Assembly: GCA_002398105.1 (NCBI GenBank)
Contig: DHCD01000010.1
Location: 55,683-117,593, forward strand
Reading direction: 5' to 3'
DNA from: Syntrophomonas sp. UBA4911
GTDB taxonomy: Bacteria > Bacillota > Syntrophomonadia > Syntrophomonadales > Syntrophomonadaceae
DNA: 61,911 nucleotides
Shown here: positions 54,357 through 61,911 of the stretch, piece by piece
Layout of the letters: every line of letters starts with the position of its first letter
Numbering within the stretch: the stretch's first letter is position 1
Notes under the pieces: generated by a model
Told to the model about the DNA's origin: nothing
The model's input: the letters and a program-made list of their open reading frames with translations, nothing else
Database searches by the model: none
Position numbers and translations under genes: made by a program

Positions 54357-54420
54357 AATTATTCAAGTACTAAATTCCGGAAGCCCGGTACCGGCTTCCG
54401 GTGGAATAAGAGGAGAAACC

Positions 54421-55689
54421 ATGCAGATTAAAGCGCCTCGGGGTACATACGACATTCTGCCGCCCGACACCGGGAGATGGCACTATGTGGAAAAGATACT
54501 GAGGGAAACCGCTGAGATTTTCGGCTATCAGGAAGTACGCACCCCTATTTTTGAGCATACCGAATTATTTGAACGCGGGGTCGGAACCAGTACCGACATA
54601 GTGACCAAAGAGATGTATACCTTCAAGGATAAATCTTCCCGCAGTCTCACTCTGAGACCGGAGAATACTGCCTCCTGTGCCCGGGCTTTGATTGAGCACA
54701 GCATTTACAGCGGAATACTGCCGGCTAAATGGTATTATATAGGACCGATGTTTCGCTATGATCGTCCTCAAACCGGACGTTACCGGCAGTTCCATCAGTT
54801 CGGGGTGGAAGCCTTTGGCAGCAATAACCCTTATCTGGACGCGGAAGTCATTATCCTTTTGGTGGAGGTATTAAAACGTCTGGGTTTAAATGACTACGAA
54901 CTGCATATCAATTCCGTGGGCTGTCCCCAGTGCCGGGAACTGTATCGGCAAAAACTCATCGCCTATATAACTCCGGTAAAAGATAAGCTGTGCTCTGACT
55001 GTCAGACCAGATATGAGCAAAACCCTTTACGGGTGCTGGATTGCAAGGAGGATACCTGTCACCGGGCCATAGCCGGTTATCCCACCCTGCTGGAGCACCT
55101 CTGCCATGATTGCGCCCGGCATTATGCGGCGGTAAAAGAAGCTTTAAAAGCCAGCCATATTGACTTCCAGCATGACGACAACCTGGTGCGGGGATTGGAT
55201 TACTACACCAATACCGCCTTCGAGATTCACATTCCGGGTATCGGCGCTCAAAGTGCCGTCGGTGGAGGAGGAAGGTATAACGGTCTGGTAGCGGAATGCG
55301 GGGGGCCCGATTTGCCGGGGATAGGTTTTGCCATGGGTATAGAGCGTTTACTGCTGGCTGTGGATACTGTGGCCGGCAGAGAGATTAATGCAGGCAATAC
55401 CGATGTCTTTATTTCTATAATGAATGATGCTTATGAGCCTCAAGCTCTGGAACTACTGACCCGCTTACGCCTGGCCGGCATCAGGGCGGAAAAGGATTAT
55501 ATGGGACGCAGCGGGCGGGCGCAGATGAAATATGCGGATAAACTGGGAGCACGATTGGCTATAATTATTGGTGAAGAGGAAATCGCTCAGGGATTTTATA
55601 CCCTTAGAGATATGCAAAGCAAAGAGCAGGTTCAGATTAGCGATCAGGACATCATTAATTCTGTAAAGCATAGACTGGCCATAGCTTAG
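54421..55689 (+). CDS. hisS: Histidine--tRNA ligase
   Basis: The ATG at 54421 (GAGGAG RBS) gives [14 protein letters not shown]. Class II motifs ([24 protein letters not shown]) and an anticodon-binding domain are present. The upstream part of the track ORF overlaps hemZ. Confidence 0.94.
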   Translation: MQIKAPRGTYDILPPDTGRWHYVEKILRETAEIFGYQEVRTPIFEHTELFERGVGTSTDIVTKEMYTFKDKSSRSLTLRPENTASCARALIEHSIYSGILPAKWYYIGPMFRYDRPQTGRYRQFHQFGVEAFGSNNPYLDAEVIILLVEVLKRLGLNDYELHINSVGCPQCRELYRQKLIAYITPVKDKLCSDCQTRYEQNPLRVLDCKEDTCHRAIAGYPTLLEHLCHDCARHYAAVKEALKASHIDFQHDDNLVRGLDYYTNTAFEIHIPGIGAQSAVGGGGRYNGLVAECGGPDLPGIGFAMGIERLLLAVDTVAGREINAGNTDVFISIMNDAYEPQALELLTRLRLAGIRAEKDYMGRSGRAQMKYADKLGARLAIIIGEEEIAQGFYTLRDMQSKEQVQISDQDIINSVKHRLAIA

Positions 55690-55705
55690 AGGAGGACAGG
55701 GGCAG

Positions 55706-57466
55706 ATGAAGAGAACTCATAGGACAACAGAACTTGACCTACAGAACGTAGGGGAAAAGGTTATACTCAACGGCTGGATTAACGGCAGGAGGGATCACGG
55801 CGGACTGATATTTATTGACCTGCGGGACCGGTTCGGCTTAATCCAGATAGTATTCAGTCCCGAGGTTGACCAGGAAGCTTTCCACCTGGCGGAACAGGTG
55901 CGCAATGAATATGTGATTGCGGTAAAGGGGAAAGTATGCCGCCGGCCGCAGGAGACCGAAAACCCCAGCCTGAAAACCGGTAAAATTGAAGTCTATGTGG
56001 AGAAAATGGAGGTCCTCAGTGCCGCCCGCACTCCTCCCTTTTATATTGAAAATGATATTGAGGTGGATGAGAACTTAAGGCTTAAGTACCGCTACCTGGA
56101 TTTGCGCCGCCCCGAAATGCGGGATAATCTTATCCTGCGTCACCGGGTTATTAAAATAATGCGTGATTTTTTGGATAAAAACGGTTTCCTGGAGATAGAG
56201 ACTCCGATGCTGACTAAAAGCTCGCCCGAAGGGGCCAGAGATTACCTGGTCCCCAGCCGGGTACATCCGGGGCAGTTCTATGCCCTGCCGCAGTCGCCCC
56301 AGATATTCAAGCAATTGCTGATGGTGGCAGGTATGGAGCAATACTTCCAGATTGCCCGCTGTTTCCGGGATGAAGATTTAAGAGCCGACCGCCAGCCGGA
56401 ATTTACCCAACTGGATATGGAAATGTCATTTATAGACGAAGAAGATATCTTTACTTTGGTGGAACAACTGGTACAGGATATATTTGGCCAGGGGATCGGC
56501 CGCCGGGTTGATATCCCTTTCCCCCGTATAGCCTATGACGAAGCTATGAAGAAATACGGCAGTGACAAACCGGATCTGCGCTTTGGGCTGGAAATTCAGG
56601 ATATTACCGCCATAGTCAAAGACGTGGACTTCAAGGTCTTCTCAGCCGCCGTTCAGGCGGGTGGAGTGGTACGGGCCATCAATGCCAAAACCTGCGCTTC
56701 CTTCACCCGGCGGGAGATTGACGATTTGGGCAAAATGGCGGTGCAGAACGGAGCCCGGGGTATGGCCTGGATAGTAGTGACTGAAAATGAACTGAAATCA
56801 CCCATTGCCAAGTTTTTCAGCCCGGAAAAAATGCAGGAACTGCTGGCTGCTTTGAAGGCCCAGCCCGGGGATCTCCTGCTCTTTGCCGCTGACCAGCCCG
56901 AGGTGGTAGCCCGGGTTCTGGGTAACTTACGCTTGGAGTTGGGCAAGCGGCTTAAACTGGTTGATGAAAACATTTTGAACTTTATCTGGGTGGTAGACTT
57001 TCCTCTGCTCGAATATGACCAGGAAGAGAAACGCTACGTGGCCGTACATCATCCCTTTACCTCTCCCCAGGTAACAGATTATGCTTTGCTTGACACCAAC
57101 CCTGGAGCAGTCAAGGCCCGGGCCTATGACCTGATCCTCAATGGAACCGAAATCGGCGGAGGAAGCATCAGAATACACCGCCGGGATTGGCAGGAAAAAA
57201 TGTTCTCTCTGCTTAATATCAGCCCCGAAGAAGCGGAAGATAAATTTGGGTATTTATTGGAAGCTTTCCAATATGGGACTCCTCCCCATGGGGGAATAGC
57301 CTTCGGTATCGACCGGTTGTTGATGATAATGGCCGGCCGCCAGAGCATTCGTGATGTTATGGCCTTTCCCAAGACCCAGAGCGCATCCTGTCCCATGACC
57401 GAAGCTCCTTCTCCGGTGAGTCCCAAACAGTTGCGGGAATTAGCTCTGAAGATCAGAGAAAAATAG
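55706..57466 (+). CDS. aspS: Aspartate--tRNA ligase
   Basis: OB anticodon-binding domain ([19 protein letters not shown]), class II motifs ([32 protein letters not shown]) and the GAD insertion domain. Confidence 0.95.
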   Translation: MKRTHRTTELDLQNVGEKVILNGWINGRRDHGGLIFIDLRDRFGLIQIVFSPEVDQEAFHLAEQVRNEYVIAVKGKVCRRPQETENPSLKTGKIEVYVEKMEVLSAARTPPFYIENDIEVDENLRLKYRYLDLRRPEMRDNLILRHRVIKIMRDFLDKNGFLEIETPMLTKSSPEGARDYLVPSRVHPGQFYALPQSPQIFKQLLMVAGMEQYFQIARCFRDEDLRADRQPEFTQLDMEMSFIDEEDIFTLVEQLVQDIFGQGIGRRVDIPFPRIAYDEAMKKYGSDKPDLRFGLEIQDITAIVKDVDFKVFSAAVQAGGVVRAINAKTCASFTRREIDDLGKMAVQNGARGMAWIVVTENELKSPIAKFFSPEKMQELLAALKAQPGDLLLFAADQPEVVARVLGNLRLELGKRLKLVDENILNFIWVVDFPLLEYDQEEKRYVAVHHPFTSPQVTDYALLDTNPGAVKARAYDLILNGTEIGGGSIRIHRRDWQEKMFSLLNISPEEAEDKFGYLLEAFQYGTPPHGGIAFGIDRLLMIMAGRQSIRDVMAFPKTQSASCPMTEAPSPVSPKQLRELALKIREK

Positions 57467-57508
57467 CGCAGGTGCCAGAAATGGTGGATAGTGGTGTACA
57501 GCACTTTC

Positions 57509-57537
57509 TTGAAGAAGTGTTGGATCTGTGCTATATT
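57509..57537 (+). promoter_or_regulatory. Candidate promoter of the 6S RNA gene
   Basis: TTGAAG, a 17-nt spacer, then TATATT, with an extended -10 TGc. Confidence 0.4.
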
Positions 57538-57543
57538 CAAGTT

Positions 57544-57754
57544 AGCAAAAGTAAAAACCTTTAAAAGTTAATCCCTGCTGTGTACGTGTGAATTGCCGTT
57601 AAGTTTTTGCCAACACCAAAAACTAGGGAGCCTTGTCTCTGCGTGAGGCTGTAGACCCACATCTTTTAGTGGGAAACATTAATCACGAAGGAGGGCACCC
57701 ACCTGCGATGCAGGTTTAAACTACGGCGCCACGGCTCGGTGGGGTTTTTGTTTG
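57544..57754 (+). ncRNA. ssrS: Probable 6S RNA
   Basis: A non-coding interval of about 200 nt with its own promoter and a terminal stem followed by a U-run (GGUGGGGUUUUUGUUUG). The 5' AAACCU can pair with the 3' AGGUUU. The position between aspS and tcdA (yrvM) matches the B. subtilis 6S-1 (bsrA) locus as I recall it. Confidence 0.55.
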
Positions 57755-57784
57755 TAAAAATAACCATAGCGAAGGGTATGTCAG

Positions 57785-58480
57785 ATGAAAGAAGCTTTTA
57801 GAAGGACGGAAGTATTACTGGGCAGTGCCAAAATGAAAAAATTGCAGGAAAGCTCCATTGCGATTATCGGTCTGGGCGGAGTGGGTTCCTATGCGGCTGA
57901 GGCTATGGCCCGGTGTGGAACCGGGAGCATACTCCTGGTGGATCATGACCGGATTGAAGCCAGTAATATCAACCGCCAGCTGCCTGCTCTCCATTCCACC
58001 CTGGGCGGGTATAAAACTGATGTGGTAGCCGCCCGTTTATTGGATATCAATCCAGCCCTGACAGTGGCTAAACATACCGTAACCTTTAACCGCCGCAGCA
58101 GTGAAGAGATTCTTTCCCCTCAGCTTGATTATGTAATCGACGCTATCGACTCCCTGCCGGATAAGGTCCATCTTATTAAATCCTGCCTGGAAAAAAACAT
58201 CCCGGTAATAAGTTCAATGGGTGCAGCGCGCAGACTTAACCCCTTGCTCTTGAAGGTTGCCGATATTAAAGATACCAGTGTCTGTCCCCTGGCCCGCCGG
58301 TTAAGAAGGGAACTGCATAAAGAGGAGATTTACACCGGATTCAAGGTGGTATTCTCCCTGGAGCCGCCGCTTAAACCAGCTCCAGGCGAATCCGGAGAAC
58401 TGGGCAGTATAGCTACCGTACCTGCCAGCGCCGGCCTGCTTTTGGCATCAGTAGTCATTAACGATTTGCTGGCGCAATAA
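57785..58480 (+). CDS. tcdA: tRNA threonylcarbamoyladenosine dehydratase (ThiF/E1-like)
   Basis: Rossmann motif IIGLGGVGSYAAEAMARCG, then DHDRIEASNINRQ. About 231 aa, YrvM/TcdA-like. Confidence 0.85.
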   Translation: MKEAFRRTEVLLGSAKMKKLQESSIAIIGLGGVGSYAAEAMARCGTGSILLVDHDRIEASNINRQLPALHSTLGGYKTDVVAARLLDINPALTVAKHTVTFNRRSSEEILSPQLDYVIDAIDSLPDKVHLIKSCLEKNIPVISSMGAARRLNPLLLKVADIKDTSVCPLARRLRRELHKEEIYTGFKVVFSLEPPLKPAPGESGELGSIATVPASAGLLLASVVINDLLAQ

Positions 58481-58496
58481 ATAAGGAGGGTGTTGC

Positions 58497-59177
58497 ATGC
58501 AGCCAAGCCCGGATATGCTCCGGCAAATATATGAAGCCCTGCTGGGACACTTTGGCCCGCGGGGATGGTGGCCGGGAGAATCCCGCTTAGAGATTATAAT
58601 CGGGGCTGTCCTCACCCAGGCAGTAGCCTGGAGAAACGTAAAAAGAGCCATTGATAATTTAAAATCGGCCCGGCTCATAGATATCAACGCCCTTTTGGAT
58701 GTGGACCAGGAAATCCTGGCCGAACAGATCAGACCTGCTCTATACCATCGGCAGAAGTCTAAAAAGCTGAAAGCCCTTATGGCTTATATAGCTGATAAGT
58801 ATGATGGTGATCTTGACCTCATGTTTCAGGAACCGCTGCCTAAACTACGGGAAGAACTTTTGGCGGTATGGGGCATAGGACCGGAAACGGCAGATTCCAT
58901 TCTGCTCTATGCCGGAGATAAGTTGATTTTTGTGGTTGATGCCTATACCAAAAGGATCTTGCATCGTCTGGGATTGACCGACGAGGATATTTCTTACCGG
59001 GATATGCAGGATTTTATGGAACATCACGTTCCTCCCGACTTATATATCTACAATGAGTATCATGCCCTCCTGGTTGGAGTGGGAGCCGGGTATTGCAAAA
59101 AAAGCAAACCTCGCTGTCCGGAATGCCCGATTTTAAAATTTTGTAAATATTTAACTTACTTGCAGGAAAAATATTGA
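58497..59177 (+). CDS. Endonuclease III-related HhH-GPD domain protein
   Basis: HhH motif ([18 protein letters not shown]), a catalytic Asp region, and a C-terminal 4Fe-4S cluster loop C-x6-C-x2-C-x5-C ([17 protein letters not shown]). Confidence 0.8.
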   Translation: MQPSPDMLRQIYEALLGHFGPRGWWPGESRLEIIIGAVLTQAVAWRNVKRAIDNLKSARLIDINALLDVDQEILAEQIRPALYHRQKSKKLKALMAYIADKYDGDLDLMFQEPLPKLREELLAVWGIGPETADSILLYAGDKLIFVVDAYTKRILHRLGLTDEDISYRDMQDFMEHHVPPDLYIYNEYHALLVGVGAGYCKKSKPRCPECPILKFCKYLTYLQEKY

Positions 59178-59191
59178 AGGAGGTAGAACTA

Positions 59192-60493
59192 ATGTCTTAC
59201 TGGGATAAAGAAAAAGAATGCATGCCTCGGGAACAACTGAGGGAATTGCAGCTGAGAAGGCTGAAGGAAACAGTGTACCGGGTATATGCTTTTGTCCCGG
59301 CCTACAAGGCGAAAATGGATCAGGCGGGAATCCGGCCTGAAGATATCAAATGCCTGGAGGATCTGGAAAAGCTGCCCTTTACCACCAAGCAGGATCTGCG
59401 TGACAATTATCCTTTCGGGTTGTTCACCCTTCCCATGAGTGAAGTAGTTAGAATTCATTCCTCATCAGGTACTACCGGAAAACCGACCGTAGTAGGTTAT
59501 TCACGCAAGGACCTTGATACCTGGTCCGAGTTAATGGCCCGGGCTTTGACCAGTGCGGGAGCCACCCGCTATTCGGTAATTCAAAATGCTTATGGCTACG
59601 GCCTCTTCACCGGGGGATTGGGGGTTCATTACGGAGCCGAAAAAATTGGAGCTTCAGTCATACCGAGCTCCGGCGGCAACACCAAAAGGCAGATAATGTT
59701 GATGCAGGATTTTGGAACCACCGAGTTGACCTGTACTCCTTCTTATGTCCTGTTTATGTATGAAATAATGCAGGAAATGGGGATTGAACCTGCCGATCTC
59801 AAACTTAGAGCCGGAATATTTGGAGCCGAACCCTGGTCGGAAAACATGCGCCGGGACATTGAGAACAAACTTAAGATCAAGGCTTTTGACATTTATGGCT
59901 TAACTGAGATAATAGGGCCCGGAGTGGCTATAGAATGCGGATGCAGACAGGGGCTGCACATAGCTGAAGACCACTTTATCGCCGAGATAATCGACCCCCA
60001 GAGTGGAAAAGTGCTGGACGACGGCAGCACGGGGGAGATGGTTATAACTACTATCAGCAAGGAAGCTCTGCCCTTGATACGTTACCGCACCCGTGATCTG
60101 ACCGCGATTGACCGCAATATTTGTGATTGCGGCAGGACTCATGCCAGAATGAAAAAAGTTCTGGGACGCTCCGATGACATGGTTATTATTCGGGGAGTGA
60201 ATGTTTTCCCGTCCATGGTAGAAAGCGTCCTGTTGAACATACCGGGAGTAGAACCTCATTACCTGCTCATTGTGGAGCGTAGGGGCACCCTGGATCAACT
60301 GGAAATACAGGTCGAGGTATCGGAAAAACTTTTCAGTGATGAAGTCAGAAAATTAGAGGAATTAGGTGCGTTGATCGGGAAAGAAATGGAAAGCGCATTG
60401 GGTATCAACGCGAAAATCCGTTTGGTTGAGCCTAAGTCTATACAAAGAAGCGAAGGCAAGGCCAAGAGAGTTATTGATCGAAGAAACATTTAA
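59192..60493 (+). CDS. paaK: Phenylacetate--CoA ligase family protein
   Basis: AMP-binding motif [14 protein letters not shown], and the PaaK-type C-terminal domain. The ATG at 59192 follows AAGGAGG. Confidence 0.88.
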   Translation: MSYWDKEKECMPREQLRELQLRRLKETVYRVYAFVPAYKAKMDQAGIRPEDIKCLEDLEKLPFTTKQDLRDNYPFGLFTLPMSEVVRIHSSSGTTGKPTVVGYSRKDLDTWSELMARALTSAGATRYSVIQNAYGYGLFTGGLGVHYGAEKIGASVIPSSGGNTKRQIMLMQDFGTTELTCTPSYVLFMYEIMQEMGIEPADLKLRAGIFGAEPWSENMRRDIENKLKIKAFDIYGLTEIIGPGVAIECGCRQGLHIAEDHFIAEIIDPQSGKVLDDGSTGEMVITTISKEALPLIRYRTRDLTAIDRNICDCGRTHARMKKVLGRSDDMVIIRGVNVFPSMVESVLLNIPGVEPHYLLIVERRGTLDQLEIQVEVSEKLFSDEVRKLEELGALIGKEMESALGINAKIRLVEPKSIQRSEGKAKRVIDRRNI

Positions 60494-60506
60494 AGGAGGT
60501 AGACAA

Positions 60507-60935
60507 ATGGCCAAGCAGATATCAGTTTTTTTGGAAAACAAGGCAGGCCGTCTCTCCCATGTCACCCGGGTGCTTGGGGATGCCGGAATAAACATCAGAG
60601 CCCTCTCCATTGCCGATACATCCGATTTTGGGATTCTGCGTCTCATTGTTAATGACCCGGGCAAGGCTTATCGCATATTGAAGGAAGCTGATTTTACCGT
60701 TAGTGAGACCGAGGTGGTTGCGGTACAGGTTCCTGATTCTCCCGGGGGCTTGGCGACAGTATTGGAACAAATGGCGGAGTCTGGCCTTAATATTGAGTAT
60801 TTATATGCTTTCCTGGGTACCTCCGAAAAAGATGCCCTGGTAGTATTTAAAGTTGAGGATCTGGCAAAAGCCTGTAATACTTTTGAAGCCAAAGGGATAA
60901 AATTTATTGATGAAAAACATCTCTATGAGCTGTAA
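60507..60935 (+). CDS. ACT domain-containing protein
   Basis: The ATG at 60507 follows AAGGAGG. Two ACT-like repeats (ISVFLENKAGRLSHVTRVLGDAGINI; VAVQVPDSPGGLATVLEQMAESGLNI). This is a common partner of paaK-like genes. Confidence 0.85.
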   Translation: MAKQISVFLENKAGRLSHVTRVLGDAGINIRALSIADTSDFGILRLIVNDPGKAYRILKEADFTVSETEVVAVQVPDSPGGLATVLEQMAESGLNIEYLYAFLGTSEKDALVVFKVEDLAKACNTFEAKGIKFIDEKHLYEL

Positions 60936-61003
60936 AGGGACTGGAGCCTCTATGTAAGGCACCAGATACGCTTTCCAACGCTTTGGTTTAATACTTAACC
61001 TTT

Positions 61004-61036
61004 GACCCGAGGTAAAACCTCGGGTCTATTAATTTC
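61004..61036 (+). terminator. Intrinsic terminator after the paaK-ACT pair
   Basis: GACCCGAGG-taaaa-CCTCGGGTC followed by TATTAATTT. Confidence 0.65.
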
Positions 61037-61110
61037 TGGAAGTATAATATAGATAGTGCTCTGATAAGCTAGAATATACGAATCGGCAAGCGACTGAGGG
61101 AGAAAGCAAA

Positions 61111-61911
61111 GTGTTTGAATACAGGGGTAATATTCATATACACTCCCGCTATTCGGACGGGGGAGGAAGCATTGAAGAAATCGCAGCGCATGCTTCCCGG
61201 GCCGGGCTGGATTTTATTATAATCACCGATCATTTTACCCTGGAGGGGCTGGACAACGGGGAAGAGGGATATTACGACCAGGCGCTGGTTTTAATAGGAA
61301 TGGAGATAAATGAGAAATGCAATCACTACCTGGCCTTGGGAGTGGAAGAGCCGGTTGCCAACAACGATAATGATCCGCAGCAGGTTATCAATGCCGTCAA
61401 CCGGCAAAAGGGCATCGGCATTATTGCTCATCCCTTTGAAAAAGGCTCGCCTTATTATCAGGAGGGACGTACTTTCCCCTGGAAAGACTGGAATGTTGAT
61501 GGTTTTCAGGGAATTGAGATATGGAACTATCTTTCCCAATATCGAGATGCTTTTATCGGTATCGGGAAAGGCCTCTACCTGCTCCTGAATCCGGTGGCAG
61601 GATTAGCCCCGCCTTATTTCCAGGCCTTAAAAAAATTTGACCAGCTGCAGTTGGAGGGGAAAAAGGTATCTGCTTATGGCGGCTCAGATGCCCACGGAAT
61701 AAAAGCCGGGGTGGGAAGATGGGGCATTACGGTTTCAGCGTATGAGCTGTGCTTTAAGCTGATCAATATGCATATTCTGTGCAATGAAAAGCTTTCCGGC
61801 GAAGTGACCGCGGATAAACCTGTGATCTACCAGGCCCTGGGCCATGGACACTCCTGGATTGCCTGTGATTACTATCGAAAAAGTGATGGCTTCAGATTTG
61901 AACTGCACCAC
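61111..61911 (+). CDS. PHP-domain metal-dependent phosphoesterase (partial; runs off the window end)
   Basis: Not in the ORF track because there is no stop codon within the window. GTG start after GAGGGAG. Product begins VFEYRGNIHIHSRYSDGGGSIEEIAAHA...IIITDH...IAHPF...GGSDAHG, which matches the PHP His/Asp motifs. The frame stays open to 61911. Confidence 0.7.
   Translation, partial: MFEYRGNIHIHSRYSDGGGSIEEIAAHASRAGLDFIIITDHFTLEGLDNGEEGYYDQALVLIGMEINEKCNHYLALGVEEPVANNDNDPQQVINAVNRQKGIGIIAHPFEKGSPYYQEGRTFPWKDWNVDGFQGIEIWNYLSQYRDAFIGIGKGLYLLLNPVAGLAPPYFQALKKFDQLQLEGKKVSAYGGSDAHGIKAGVGRWGITVSAYELCFKLINMHILCNEKLSGEVTADKPVIYQALGHGHSWIACDYYRKSDGFRFELHH

Noticed and set aside
54331-54420. N-terminal 30-aa extension of the hisS ORF in the track.
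   Set aside because: It overlaps the 3' end of hemZ and the intergenic hairpin. The canonical HisRS N-terminus ([14 protein letters not shown]) begins at the ATG at 54421, which has a GAGGAG RBS.
1-61911. Searched for CRISPR arrays, transposases or integrases, prophage or defence-system gene clusters, and rRNA or tRNA genes.
   Set aside because: I saw no regularly spaced direct repeats, no recombinase-like ORFs and no cloverleaf-like or rRNA-like segments. Every large ORF has a housekeeping, sporulation or cofactor assignment. The only repeats are those reported at 8289-8434, 41566-41738, 39181-39237, the T-box module and the Moco pair.

Overview
This 61.9-kb chromosomal window comes from a spore-forming anaerobic Firmicute. 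Gene content suggests class Clostridia, possibly Peptococcaceae/Desulfotomaculum-like, but that placement is only a guess. No tools were run: every family call is by-eye motif recognition and recalled synteny.

Most of the window is core housekeeping in Bacillus-like synteny blocks:
- coaD; hslO; rpmB/asp23-yloV-recG
- SASP genes and gpr
- rsmD-ylbJ-ylbK-ylbM (tmcAL); pta-ackA
- yceD-rpmF-plsX-acpP-rnc-(radical SAM)-birA-smc-ftsY
- recJ-relA-dtd-MBL hydrolase; aroF-pheA; hemZ-hisS-aspS-(6S RNA)-tcdA
- paaK plus an ACT-domain gene

Two functional islands stand out:
- A SAM by-product salvage cluster, mtnP-mtnA-class II aldolase-mtaD, which looks like a DHAP shunt.
- A molybdenum/tungsten cofactor island: mobB, a Tat-exported selenocysteine formate dehydrogenase operon (fdnG[UGA]-fdnH-fdnI-fdhE), and two moeA paralogues.

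The most unusual content is non-coding:
1. Two tandem Moco-type riboswitches, each with its own terminator, plus a third terminator. No gene lies downstream; they face the 3' end of a convergent moeA.
2. A frameshifted 3' relic of a third moeA next to a dispersed repeat, which suggests this locus was rearranged.
3. A Phe-type T-box upstream of aroF-pheA whose 3' decision module (stem III, T-box sequence, terminator) is duplicated without a second Stem I.
4. A roughly 150-170 nt repeat present twice in inverted orientation, 33 kb apart.
5. A likely 6S RNA between aspS and tcdA.
6. An orphan minus-strand terminator with C-rich motifs between gpr and rsmD, which may mark a small RNA.

I saw no CRISPR array, transposase, integrase, rRNA or tRNA gene.
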